Shown here: piece after piece, positions 36,007-49,128 of the stretch
Numbering within the stretch: position 1 is the first letter of the stretch
How the letters are laid out: every line of letters starts with the position of its first letter
NCBI GenBank assembly: GCA_040954595.2
Contig: CM082577.2
Span: 16,747,903 to 16,811,902, forward strand
Source of the DNA: Balanoglossus misakiensis
Taxonomy: Eukaryota; Animalia; Hemichordata
DNA length: 64,000 bases
Direction: 5' to 3'
Translations under genes and position numbers: made by a program
Notes under the pieces: model-generated
The model's input: the letters and a program-made list of their open reading frames with translations, nothing else
Told to the model about the DNA's origin: nothing
Database searches by the model: none

Positions 36007-36432
36007 GTGTTTGATGCATTTGGAGAGACCAAATGGCAGGGAAAAAAAGTATTCATTGTGATTGACGAAGTGGGCTTCATGGACTTGTATCAGTTGAAAG
36101 CAGTGTTCTCAAAAGCAAGGTTGCTGGTGATGACTGCTATTGACACAAGTCAATTGAGGGCAGAAGTGCAGAAAACCCTGCAGAAACCTGCAGTGATAAC
36201 TTCTTCCATAGATCGTCCTTACATTAAAATGGTGGTGCAAAAATGACTTGTGTCCACAGTGGAGGCCATTCATGACAGAATTTTCTCACCCTTGATTAGA
36301 GAACTAAAAGAAAGAAAGGAAATGTTTCCCAAAACTGTAGTGTGTACAACTCTTAAGTGGTGCGGCCATTGTCACGAGATGGCTCTCAGGCAGGAAACTG
36401 ATGGATCATCATCAAACTTCCACGTTTCTTAG
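36007..36432 (+). pseudogene. RecQ-like SF2 helicase relic
   Basis: IVIDEV, LVMTA, SIDRPYI, FPKTVV; in-frame stop at 36244-36246. Confidence 0.5.
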
Positions 36433-36877
36433 GCCAGTTCCACAAATCATGCACAGTTAAGGTACGAGAATTTTGAAGAAATGGGCATTTGATAAACGGC
36501 TTTAGATTATATCAAAATAGGTTTGTTTCTAAACAGTGCCCAAATTATTCGGAAACACCACAGTTGAACTTCTGCCCCATTTTAATTTTCATTTTTATAA
36601 GGGATGTGAATTTATACTAGAGAAAATGTAAGTAATCCAATGATATATAGTTACCAGGCATGTTGAACATAGGTAATTATCAATCAAATGGCATACATTG
36701 TGCGCTTTCATATTTACCCTATTAAGTGATCATTGCAATTGTTTTTGTTTTTATGACAGATGAAGACTGATACTGTGAAAGCCATGCAAGCCAACAACAT
36801 CATGTGACATGCAGAAAAATGACGCCATCACTAAAGTAACAAAGAACTAGTATCACAGAGCCATGAAATAATGTAGA

Positions 36878-37190
36878 GATCAGGCAAGTTAAGAGTGTTC
36901 GATCAAATTCACCTGACTTGGATCAGGGTCTTTGACCGAATATACCTGCCTTTGATCAGGCAAGTCAGGGGTTTTTAATCAAATACACCTGCCTTAGATC
37001 AGGCAAGTCAGGGGTTTTTAATCAAATACACCTGCCTTAGATCAGGCAAGTCAGGTTTTTTTAATCAAATACACCTGCTTTAGATCAGGCAAGTCAGGGG
37101 TTTTTAATCAAATACACCTGTCTTTGATCAGGCAAGTCAGGGTTTTTTAACCAAATACACCTGCCTTAGATCAGGCAAGTCAGGGGTTTT
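36878..37190. repeat. 43-bp tandem repeat (~7 copies)
   Basis: GATCAGGCAAGTCAGGGGTTTTTAATCAAATACACCTGCCTTA; units start at 36954, 36997, 37040, 37083, 37126, 37169, with degenerate copies upstream. Confidence 0.9.
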
Positions 37191-37274
37191 CGGCCAGGCA
37201 TGTGTTAAAGCTTTCAAACCAATAATATCCAACTTTGCCAGGCTTGAAACCGTCACAATTATTAAACTTTTTCA

Positions 37275-38669
37275 TCATTTCATCCAACTTATCAAGAAAG
37301 AATTTAATAGTGGCAGTGTCTTATGTTCACAATCCATCCTCGCAATCCAGACCATCCTCTCCAGCAATGTATGATATGTGCTCACACTTACAGATTTAAG
37401 TTTCTGACCCTTCATCTTCACCCTGTTCACCTTGTAGTCCATAAATGCCCATTCATCTCCCATGAAATGATTCGCATTCATCATATCCACAGCGGTTTTC
37501 AGTCTTTCCTTTGATGACTTAATTACATAGCTTCTATAATTCTCCGGATTATCCGTTTGAAATTCATTTCTCTTAATTATTCCATCCTCTATCTTTGACA
37601 GTATAATAAACCATCTTCCATTTCTCTGCTCTTTAACCTGATATTCATACAGCAAAAAATTGTCTTCATACACATTAACACATTTTTCTTGTAACTCTGC
37701 CAACTTTTTAGAAGCCACATGATTACCAAGTGTCTTGACCTTAAGGTTCCTTAACTGGAAGTTATCAGACAAGTTAAATGTGGTGTTTTCAACTTCTTCA
37801 CGCGTCAAAGCATTGTCTACTGTGTTCATGAGAATACGTGAAGTAAGTACACAAGGTTTTTTATCCGGATTTTGTTTGATGGCTTCTTTCACGCAGCTTG
37901 GAAGACATGGTCGTCTGATGGCATCGCAGGAATGTTTACCAAAGTGATACACTTTTACCGTGTTGCTTTTCTTTGGGAATTCCCAGATTTTAATTGCATT
38001 ACACTGAATTTTGTTCATGTCACGTTCACATTCCTCACATAGTAGCTTTTTACCCAAAGTCAGAATATGTTTTGAATTGCACACTTTATAATTCTTCAGA
38101 AATGGACACTCATCATTAGTGCATCTATAACATCCCTTACAATTTGCTCTCAAACGCTTCCCTTTACTGCTTGGGAATTGGTTTGTGAATGACCTGTTAT
38201 ATCTTTCCCAGTTTCTACCGTCTATTGTACTTTTCATGGTATTTCCACGTCTGTTGTCATAAGTCAATTCATATGCACAATTCCCATCTATGTCATACGG
38301 AAGCTGGTCTACTTTCATAGGAGGAATGAGAGTGTTCAGTTCTTCAGCAGAAATAGGTCTTCTAAAAGAAGAATTTTCCTGATCAGAAGAACCATCATTT
38401 GACGAACTACTATTGGATGAGTCCAGAGGACGATACATGTCTGCTTCTGGCTCTCTTGAGGCAGTGTTTGGGGACTGTTTTACATCATAATTTGTAGAGA
38501 TTGCATAAACTCGGGTCCATATGGATGTATAGAAAGGTAAAAAAAACCTCATGTTGACTACTGAGACATTCTGGTCGAACATTTTAATAGGTGTATCTTT
38601 GTCCGAGATACAGATAATGGATATGTATACTGGTGTTTCAGGATTGCATACACTCATTTGGAAACACAC
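37275..38669 (-). pseudogene. Putative MULE-like transposase fragment with a GCM-like Cys/His domain
   Basis: 464-aa ORF: LPYDIDG, DGRNW, CKGCYRCTNDECP, CEEC..C, VYHFGKHSC, then WAFMD..YH..IARMDCE. It appears to frameshift and then run into the tandem repeat. Confidence 0.45.
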
Positions 38670-39271
38670 AAATATGATCAGAACAATGTCTAGTACATTT
38701 TAATGTACATTTCAATATACATTGTAGTTCAGAGAATAGGTTATAATTTGCGTTTATACAGTTCAACTTGATAAAAACAGTTAAGCTTTAAATAATCTCT
38801 GATATACACTGTACTTAGAATTCAGACTAATAAATGATATTGCCTGATAGTATATCAAGAAAACACTTATTTATGAATTTATGATAAAATGGCCAAAAAT
38901 GAAAGGAATATCAGTAGAGTGAAACATTTCCGCAAGTTTTGTGCAATGAAAAATAAAAATCCAATGTCTCGGTGGAGTACATTTACTTCCATGTGTCTAC
39001 TGGAGGAGATCATGCTTTGTTTCTGAAGTTCTAAAGTGAGAAATGCAATGTTGTCATTGTATTTTGCATATTACTACAGTGACGACCATATTCCTTTTCG
39101 GCAAAGATTAATTATTCATCTGGTTAAAACTTGTATATAACTCATGTTTAGGGTTTATAATACTTGTATATACGTCATGGAGCGTTAACTTATGCAAATT
39201 AGTATTTAAATATACCCAATTATGACAACTAACCTGTTTTCGCACTATAAAGGTGATTTCTATAACTCTTA

Positions 39272-40016
39272 CATTGATAATTGGCGACCATTTTTTTATG
39301 CTAATTATCTCAAATTGCTCAACACTGACAGAGCTCCAGTAACCATGTCTTTCACTCTAGTGATCTATGCAAGCAGAACCCGCTTTAAAAACTCTGATGA
39401 CACTAATACAAGGTTCGTCACAAAAAGCGGACTTGGCAGCCGGCCTATACATTGATAATGTGAAATCATTTGGCGGCCATTTTTTTATGCTAATTATCTC
39501 AAATTGCTCAACACTGACAGAGCTCCAGTAACCATGTCTTTCACTCTAGTGATCTATGCAAGCAGAACCCGCTTTAAAAACTCTGATGACACTAATACAA
39601 GGTTCGTCACAAAAAGCGGACTTGGCAGCCGGCCTATACATTGATAATGTGAAATCATTTGGCGGCCATTTTTTTATGCTAATTATCTCAAATTGCTCAA
39701 CACTGACAGAGCTCCAGTAACCATGTCTTTCACTCTAGTGATCTATACAAGCAGAATCCGCTTTAAAAACTCTGAAGACACTAATACAAGGTTCGTCACA
39801 AAAAGCGGATTTGGCAGCCGGCCTATACATTGATAATGTGAAATCATTTGGCGGCCATTTTTTATGCTAATTATCTCAAATTGCTCAACACTGACGGAGC
39901 TCCAGTAACCATTTCTTTCACTTTGGTGATCTATACAAGCAGAATCCGCTTTAAAAAAAAAACTTTAGACGCCAAAACAAGGTTCGGCAAAAAAAGTGGA
40001 TTTGGCGGCCGGACTA
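39272..40016. repeat. ~189-bp tandem repeat (~4 copies)
   Basis: GCTAATTATCTCAAATTGCTC recurs at 39300, 39489, 39678, 39866. Confidence 0.92.
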
Positions 40017-41836
40017 GTGACTGAAAATGAGATCAGTAACTATATTTTAAGCCTTGATATTCGTAAAGCCACAGGTTGGGATGACATCCCCTCAAGACTC
40101 GTTAAGGAAGCACATGATTGCATATGCACTCCATTATGTCACATCATAAACCTCTCCTTTGCCACTGGTCAGTTTCCAAACTTGTTAAAAATCGCACGTG
40201 TAATGCCTTTATATAAAAAGGGTAATATTAATGAGATTGGCAACTATAGACCTATCTCAGTGTTACCTGTATTGAGCAAAATTTTCGAAAAAGCTGCCAA
40301 TGACCGTATCTTTAAGTATTTAGACAGGTTACATATTTTGTATGACCATCAGTACGGTTTTAGAGAAAAATATAGTTGTCGAGTCTCCCTTGTAAGTCTT
40401 GTCCAATGTTTGCTCGATGTAATAGATAATGGCGATTTATCATTTGGTATGTTTATAGACTTCGCCAAGGCATTCGATACGGTCAATCATGATATTTTAA
40501 TTTCAAAACTGCAGCATTATGGCATTAGAGGGGTACCATTACTGTGGTTCAAAAGTTACTTAAAATCAAGAAGTCAATGTGTTGGCATCAATAACACTGA
40601 ATCACGGAAACAGACTATCACATGTGGTGTACCTCAAGGGTCAATTCTCGGCCCAACTCTCTTCTTAATTTACATTAATGACATACCAAACTCCTCAGCT
40701 TTGTTTAATTTTAGGCTTTATGCCGATGACTCAAACATTTTCCATTCAATGCGCAAAATGAATATACTTTCTTTTAATGATATTAACAGCGAACTGTACA
40801 AGGTGATTCAGTGGTGTGATGCTAACAAATTGACCATAAATGCTGCAAAGACTGTGTATATGATCATCAGTGGAAAACAAAATAGAACGATTGAGGGGTC
40901 CATTTCTTTGAAGGGCACTACTGTAAACGAGGTTGAGTGCACATCCTTTGTTGGTCTTCTTATGGATAATAAGTTATTATGGAAAAATCATGTTGCTGAA
41001 GTGAGAAAGAAGATTTGTCGGTTAACTGGAATTTTTTATAAGCTGAGATTTACTGTTCCACAAGAGACACTTGTGATGTTGTATAATACTTTTGTTTTAC
41101 CACACATTTCCTTTGGCTTAGAAGTATGGGGAAGTACTTTCAAAACATATCTTCATGATATTTATATAATTCAAAAACGGATTTTACGCATTATTACAGC
41201 CAGTAATTACGATGCTCCTAGTGCCCCATTATTTAAAAAGCTAGAGATTCTCGATATATACAGTCAATTTAAGTTACAAGTTGCCATTTTCGTCCATGAC
41301 ACACTTCATAATTGACTTCCATCGCATTTTGACTCTTATTTCACCCAATTACACCATCCTTATGGTACTCGTTCAAGAGATAAAAATATTCTTCATACCC
41401 CCAAATATAACAGTCGGTTAGGTCAAACTTCAATCAAATTTGCTGGTCCCACAGTATGGAATACCATTCCAGAAAGGATAAAAAATGTACACTCTCGTTG
41501 CAGATTTAAGAATGAAATGAAACACTATTTGTTATTTGGTCTATAATATTTTCACGACCTGTTTTCACTACACTAAGAACTTTTCACTACTTGTCACATA
41601 ACTATACATGTTAGTCTTTTATTGTATGGTGCATGTATTAGAAGCAGTTGCCACCTACAGATTTGCTCAGTAATGTATATCTGGTTAAAAGGCTGACCTC
41701 GATTAGTTGCTAACGCAACTACTGTTCAGTCTTTTTCTCTCTTCAACTTTCTACTGTTGATGCTGACTTGTATTTAAGTTGTTATGATTATGATCTGATT
41801 TGATTTGAGAATAAACTATTATTACTATTATTACTA
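40017..41836 (+). mobile_element. 5'-truncated CR1/L2-type LINE (RT + 3' UTR + simple-repeat tail)
   Basis: NYRPISVLP, FIDFAKAFDTVNH, GVPQGSILGP, YADD. Premature TGA at 41313 with the frame continuing to TAA near 41545. AATAAA followed by a (CTATTATTA)-type tail. Confidence 0.9.
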
Positions 41837-44655
41837 TATATATGTCCTTGCCAGTGATCTTTATATGATTTTGAACAGGTGGGCAAGATTTTAAGAGACA
41901 GCTGGTCAAAGCCCAATAAAATGTGTACACTAAATAATCCCAGTGTTAAATCACTGATGACATCAAAGAAAATATACAAAAATGTAATTTATTTTTCAAG
42001 AACTTCAACCTGCTATAAAGCATATATTGTTTAGACATCGATTACAATACTAAACTAGCCATGCATAGGTAACAAATGCTTTAAGTAATTGAGTTTTTAT
42101 AACTATATATATAGCTAGCTCAGTGGCTAGGATCAGTTGGACATCAGGTTTGGTGAGATTAGAAAACGCTCAGATACAGTTGCATATTACCCACATGCAC
42201 TTCATGTTGTATATTTGATTTAATATGTTCTTACCTTTGGGCATGCAGTCATCTACAGTAACAATGGTAAGAGACACAGAAGGCATATCACCAAATACTT
42301 GCTGCAATGTCTTTTTTTCCTGGCCACTTGCCAGTGAAAGTGACTTTGTTTCCAAAAAACAGTCGAGTTCTAAAAACTCAAACAGCACTTTCACTTGTGA
42401 ACTCCTTTGAAAGTAACTTGCAGTGAATGTCCTTTTGTCCTTAAGAAACCTTATCAATATCACATCTCTGAAAACAATCAAAATTGATTTATCTTATAAT
42501 ATATTTCAAGGCGAAGAAACAAAATTAAACTATATTTATAAAACAATATTGAAATGGGCATGACTAAATGTTCTTTGGGGACCCCTCCACCTCTAAATAT
42601 AAAAAATGAATAACAGTAATATAGTAAATGAGTTTATTTTAAGAACCTTATTTCAATTGAAACGACTTTACATTGTTGCAATGTGTTCACTGAAAATTGT
42701 TACATCATTATTTGGCGCCATTTTTCCATTCGCGCCATTTCAGTTTTAGACAGGACACATCATAAACAAACTACCAGCACAACTTTATACGATAATAATT
42801 TAACAGCCAACCAAACAAACACCTTTGGTGGACGAAAATTATTTTACACAATTGATTTTGATAACATGGCATGCCATACAACTGAAAAAAAACACACCGA
42901 AGAGTGTGTAAACAACGTCCACATACTCGGATCCGGAACATCATTATCACAATCGCAAAAATACCTAGTAGGAGGATATTGGTCACCCGACTAGGACATG
43001 AAGGTTCAGAAAATGAGAATCGCATACCTCATTTTGCTCTCCATTGTTGATTAAATTAGAATGTTGAGAATACTTGGTAGTTGACGTCCTTTAGCCAGAT
43101 GACTCAATGGTGGAAATCAGAAACCGCCGTTGGTGGCGCAAATTGTGTATGTGATGCAATCATTTCGGAAGTGTATTAGATGTTTGTCTTAAGATATTCG
43201 CTGTTTTCTCGTTTCTTTTGACATATAACATTATATTTCTTTCATTATCAAAAGACAACCATATTTTACAACCCGCAATCGGCAACCCGCATTTTCACGC
43301 TTCCCGGTTGCTAAGGGGTGTCGAACTTGTGCGTTCTTAATTTCCCTGTCATTACTAGATGATCTATTTACCATATTTACACAACATTTATAAATAATGT
43401 CTAGATAATTTAAGGTGTCATTTCAGAGTTCCTTTTGCAACAATTTGACTCAATAATCAACTCACCAGGTCGCCAATGCGTGTGTAATTTGATATACAAT
43501 TTGAAATGCATCTACCTATATTGACGCTAAAATCTTGCTATTTCAGTGTAATCAGGTTCCTAACAGCTCGTGGTGCGAGTATGAAGGCCTGAAACGTGCC
43601 ATTGGTTTTCTCCAAGAATCGGGTCTGCAGGTGAAAACATTCATAACTGATCGACATCGGCAGAATGCTAAATGGCTCCGAGAGCAGATGCCAAAAACAA
43701 ATCATTACTATGATGTTTGGCATGTTGCTAAGGGTAAGGATTTACTCACCATCTTCATGATATGTAACTATCACCTGTTTTGATTGACTGTAAGGTACTG
43801 TTGTTTGACGACTCTCCATAATAGTGTATCCGTGTAAAAAGTGGGGAGATTTGCATATATTGTCAGAATTTTGACACCGACAGGTGTACGCGACTTTATT
43901 TCTTTGATACTGCCAGCTCAAACAACAGTGTTTACAGTCATTGTTTTGGGGGTTGAGGTACGGAGCACCCACACACAATTGTACCTTTCAGTCTACCCTG
44001 TTGACCATTTGCATATGAGCTTGCAAAAATACCAGAAGTATTATTGCATGGACCGCTTAGAATACAGTAGTACAACATATGCAATTATATATATTAATTT
44101 TAATTATCCCTGTAAACAAATAAACCTTGCTTTCCAGATGAACTTTGTGGGCTATTTTATGCAATTGTTTGCCAAATGCTGTTTTTTCATGGAATCATGT
44201 TAATCATCATTTCATCTTTTAACATTATCAGGAATAAGACGAAAGCTTGACAGGCTTGCTGGCCAGAAGGACTGTTCTGATATAAAACAGTCTATCATCA
44301 ATCATATGTACTGGTCAGCTGCTTCAACTCCAGACAACAGAGGGGAAATGATTGTGGCAAAGTGGTGCTCCCTGATAGATCATATCCAAGACATCCATTT
44401 CAATCATCCTGACCCTATATATCCAGAATGTGCCCATGGACCACTTGATGGAGAAGATGCAAACAAACTGTGGCTTCATCCAAGTGAGTCAATACAGACA
44501 GATACATTCTTTTTCTAAATGCCCTCGAGCTATATTCTTGTTTTACAGTTTGAAATAATTTTAACAATTTCTTTGTGGTAATGTGAGTGTTTTAATACTT
44601 TTAAAACCAGTATAATGTATAATGTAAAGCATGTTTACTTATAATGGTTTACTTA

Positions 44656-44769
44656 AGCAATAACCCCCGCCGCAGGCGGGTATACACGAGATTTGGGTAC
44701 AATTCAAGACATATGGAGCGAATTGTACCCAAATCGAGTGTATACCCGACTGAGGCGGGGGTTATTGCT
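44656..44769. repeat. Long palindrome at the start of a probable non-autonomous element (~44650-45200)
   Basis: AGCAATAACCCCCGCC..GGGTATACAC..GATTTGGGTACAATTC followed by its reverse complement. Confidence 0.7.
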
Positions 44770-45205
44770 ATTATATTATATCAACAACTGTTTTTGTGGC
44801 ATATCAGTGTCATGTTCTTACCGAAACGGTGTCAGAAAGAGAAATTACGATCGTGAACCAACATGGCGACGACGAATGTAAACACGAGCGGCCGGGATCG
44901 AGCATTAAACATGAAGCAGACGACAAAAAGTGACAAGACGGGCATCGCGCGTGGCAAAGCGACAAATATATCCACAGAGCAGTTCAAAAATAAAACGTCC
45001 GTTAATTCAACATTATTTTTGTTTTATTTATTTGGTTTAAACACGCGCGACTGTGGTTTAACCGCACATTTTGCTGCCGTATGCTAGTTCAGGGGCCCGC
45101 GTTACCACTGCTAGCCATGGTAAAACAGTATTTTACCATCGCTGGATTCAGCTCTCGTCCAATCAGAATCGCGGACGGTAGCATGATATAATATAATTGA
45201 CGTTA

Positions 45206-45986
45206 GGCTGCATTCACAAACACCTCTGGAGGGGGGGGCGGGAGAATTCAATTTTTTTTACCGCTAATTTTCACATGCCCCCCTTCCGAACTGCCAATAT
45301 TTTCAAATCCCCCCCTTCCGAACTGCCAAAATTTTGAAATCCCCCCCCATTGTCTTTCACAGAGCAAAACACATGACCTATCTATCTTGTAAAAAGAAAA
45401 ACAGCGCTCCCATGAAAAGAATTTGAAACTGATGTTTCCCCTCATCAGTGGGTATTAAAACTGAACATTGTTTTTATTTTATAAGTACATATATTTGTAT
45501 TCTGTGTTGGGAGACTTTGTAAACTGAGAATTGAAGGGGGTGGGTTTGGGAGGGGGTGTCCCCCTCCCACGTAAGAAAATTTTCTAAAATACAGAGCTCA
45601 AAGCTGCATTTTAATGAACCCGGCAAAAGCAAATTAACTCAACTACCGGTATGTTGGGGAGGACAAATTTAACCGTCGGCGCTCAAAGTTATCATGGGGT
45701 GGGGCAAGTCCCCTGACCTGGGACACTAGATAAACCAGTCAATGATTGAAAGGTGTTGATGAATGGAGGGGGTGGGTATGGGAGGGGGTGTCCCTTTAAA
45801 ATAAAGGGCGCGAAACTGCATTTTTGTGGACTCAAAATAAATATTTAGTCGTTAAAGTTTTCAAGTCCCCCCCTTTCAGTCCCTAAATTATTTCAAATCC
45901 CCCCCCTCACATACCCTCAATTTTTTCAAATCCCCCCCCCCTCAATTCTCCTGCCCCCCCCTCCAGAGGTGTTTGTGAATGCAGCC
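45206..45986. mobile_element. PIF/Harbinger-type MITE in a Kolobok intron
   Basis: TTA TSD; TIR GGCTGCATTCACAAACACCTCTGGAGGGGGGG. Confidence 0.85.
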
Positions 45987-48089
45987 TTATTACACAGTAA
46001 TCTGTAGTCATAATCACACTTCTCATTGCAGACATCAAGGCTGCTGTAAAGTTGGAGAATCTCCTGACATCAAAGACTCTGCTTAAAGATATCAGCAAGT
46101 TGTCAGCAGGCTACCAAACATCTGGTCTTGAGGCTTTCCACAGTCTTATTCTATGCTTTCCACCAAAACACACTGCCTTCTCAAACTTGGGAATGCAAAG
46201 CAGGTTAGTTTTTTTCCGTTGGAGTTGTATTTGGGCCGGTGTAGCACCAGTGAAAACGTTACAGTGAGAAGGCCCTATATGACACAGTAAGTCTGGCATG
46301 TAGATAATGATGTGTAAGATGTGCCTCCTTTTATGAAAGAAATGTTAATTTTGTTTTTGCAGACTGATTCTTGCTGGACTACACTTTAATGAAAATAATG
46401 AGAGACATCAGGCAGAGAATCAGGATGGCCAGCTTCAGTATTCTATTGTATTTCCAAAGTTCAAGAAAGGAGGTTATACTGTGCGTGTGGTAAAGACAAA
46501 ACCAACATACTGTAAGTAAAATTGAAAACAGCAATTTGCTTGTTTATTTCAAAGGCTACACAAAATAATGGATTATCTCTTCCCTTTCCCTTTTTAGTGA
46601 TGGAAAATCAATCATATTATTCCCCTTTAACTGCAAAAACATATCCTGTCAACATAAACAATAATCGACCGCTTTCATGACCCTGGGTGACCTAAGTTAC
46701 ATCATTTTTTTGTTGGCATGGCATCATACATTCAATGTTACAAACTGTTTGCCCTAGGACAAGTGACAGCCCACAAATTCAATATTATGCTTGACTGTTC
46801 CAGTTTTAAACTCATACCAACAAAATGCCAGGATGTAAAGGTCACCTAGGGGTCTGATGTCATGTAAGTGGCCTTCTAGGTACTTACCTGAACATTTCAA
46901 AATGACAAACCATTGTCTGTAATGCCTTGTTTTTTTTCTATGTTTTACTTTTTTCTCGTACAGCACAGATAGTTGCATGTGTAAATAATTATTGTTTAAT
47001 GTGGTTTATTTTCTTTGTAAATTGTAGTGTATGTACAGAAACTGATGAAGTCCCTTATGGATGGCTATCTAACATGTCCAAGAAACATGAAAGCTTGCAG
47101 TGAACGGCTACGGGATGATCTTCCTGGACCCCTTTCAGCTACAAAGGACCATCCAGACAAGACAGAGGCCATTAATGCATTTGTGGGCCGCTTTAATTAA
47201 TAGAGTTGTGTAAGGCCAGACATGCTATTACCACTGTAATTTTATTGTTGTTCATACATCGGGAAATTTGTAGCGATGAAGTAACGGGCTCTGATGAGAA
47301 CAGTGATCCACGGAGATACGTATCTGATTCACGTTCATTTATTGCCGAGAATTACTATAGTACATCAAATACGCCCAGTAAAGTACGTGAGGAAGGGAAT
47401 AAGCTCAGTAGCCTGAGGTACTCCCATCTCCTGTTAGATTCTACTCAAAACTTTGGAAACAAAGTTCTTATAATTAATTTTCTCAAGGCGTGGTTAAAGA
47501 TGTAAATATGACAAATACAATGTGTTACAATTTCAAAGTCAGTTCGATGATGATTGACAACCAGAGCAGTCAGTTAAACACCAGCTCTCCCTATCTACCG
47601 GGTACTTCAAATACAAAAAATCAAATGCTACCAAACATTGACATTCCCGAGCTCTGGATTAATTGACCTTTAAAATCATATTTGACCTTTATACAGATCG
47701 TATGCTTTTTGATTCTCTAGTCATTTGTACTTTTTTCCATGTAAATAAACAAATTTGAAAAGGTTTTCTGCTTTTTCTTTCATTCCGGAATTAGTACTGG
47801 AATACTTGTGTGGCGTTGAAAGTTGGAAGAAATCCTCCTCAAGAAAATATACCCCCCTCTGCAAGAAATAGACAGAATCTGGTCAGATTCAATTTTGCAA
47901 TCTATGTACAAATCACAATCAAATACAATCTAAGCAAATTAGAATTAAGGAATTCTCGAGTTCTCTGCTCAGGTGGCAAAAATTACAAAACACAGTCACT
48001 ACAATATTTCATATTAATTGAAATTTTATTTTCTACAATTAGGGAATAAAACTTGCACAAATAATCAGACTTGCTTTGGCAGAAAAAAA

Positions 48090-49017
48090 ACCTGAAAATG
48101 TTTGTAATGTCCATCTGGGGAGGGGAAATGTTCCCTTATTTTAGACATGACACAAGCAGGTAAAGGCACACGTATATGTCGGCCAAGCCATCCCCAACAC
48201 CACCTAACAAATTGCCGGTAAGCTGTATAGCATTCTCTCCTGCATGCAAAAAACAACAACAACAAAACATTAGATAATGCAACCATTTAGTTTGCACTGT
48301 CTCTGCTGGAGCTGTCAGATTTTGCATTTTTTACCAACAATAACATGCTTCAATCCTCTCCCCAACCCTTTACCCATTAAAGGCCACATTTCCTGTATTA
48401 ATTTTTTGCATGAATTTGTCATCTATTGGCGACAGAATGCTTGAATAAGAAACATTGGGGTTCTCGCAGCAATTTTAAATTCACACCCATTTTCTTGGGC
48501 TTGCCACATGACAGGTGGCCTGTTTTAATCAAGCACCTTTTTGAATTGCAATGTACAGTCGCAATAAATTTTTGATAAGACATACATATAGATAAATCAG
48601 TGTAAGGGCGGTACCCAGGTTCCCCTTGGTATATTATTACAGTCATATTATTGGATAGCAGAAGTGTTACCAGGGTTCCCAAGTCATTTACCAGTGTTCC
48701 CTGGCCTTCGCAAAAACACTGGATTAATGCAAGTTTGGAAGAACAGTCATGAAAAATGTGCCATTAAGCTTTCAGTAGGGTGATGATATTTAATTAGTTA
48801 CACCACATGTTTCATGTTGTTCCCCAATCCTGCTCTATAAACAGAAACTAATGTAGAAGTTAGACAATGAGCAAACTGAATGAAAACATCCACAACAGAC
48901 TTACTCGTGTTGTTTGTACTGCTTTAATTTCCCATATTCTTGTTTGTAATGGTAGTACGCAGTTTCCAGAACCCATCTGTCAAGGCAGACTAGAGAAACC
49001 GGGGTGGAGTGTTATGC
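48090..49017 (-). pseudogene. KolX (P2RX7 C-terminal-like) accessory gene of Kolobok, convergent with the transposase
   Basis: Exons encode CITLHPGF./VCLDRWVLETAYYHY (frameshifted) and YTAYRQFVRWCWGWLGRHIRVPLPACVMSKIREHFPSPDGHY. Confidence 0.7.
48381..48763. mobile_element. Degenerate Kolobok-type MITE in a KolX intron
   Basis: TTAA-AGGCCACATTTC ... GAAAAATGTGCCA-TTAA; imperfect TIR. Confidence 0.4.
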
Positions 49018-49128
49018 AGACTGATTTTTTTTGGTGGACATGCAAAAATCTATGCCCCCCCCCCCCCTGTAAAAACTCCACCCCATGGAAGTATTTTCTG
49101 AACAATCCCTTAGCAGACAGTGGCCTAA

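Larger units (their letters stand above)
43547..47200 (+). pseudogene. Kolobok-type DDE transposase, 3' exons 43547-43733, 44232-44483, 46032-46203, 46363-46511, 47028-47200
   Basis: Phase-compatible GT-AG exons giving ITDRH..HYYDVWHVAK, SIINHMYW, QTSGLEAFHS, LAGLHFNEN, ending GRFN*. 5' exons were not found. Confidence 0.75.

Noticed and set aside
36878-37190. 43-bp repeats as a CRISPR array
   Set aside because: Units are head-to-tail with no unique spacers, there are no cas genes, and the context is eukaryotic.
48065-48286. P2X7 purinoceptor gene
   Set aside because: Only the cytoplasmic-tail-like domain is present, with no channel exons; its position facing a DDE transposase fits Kolobok KolX.
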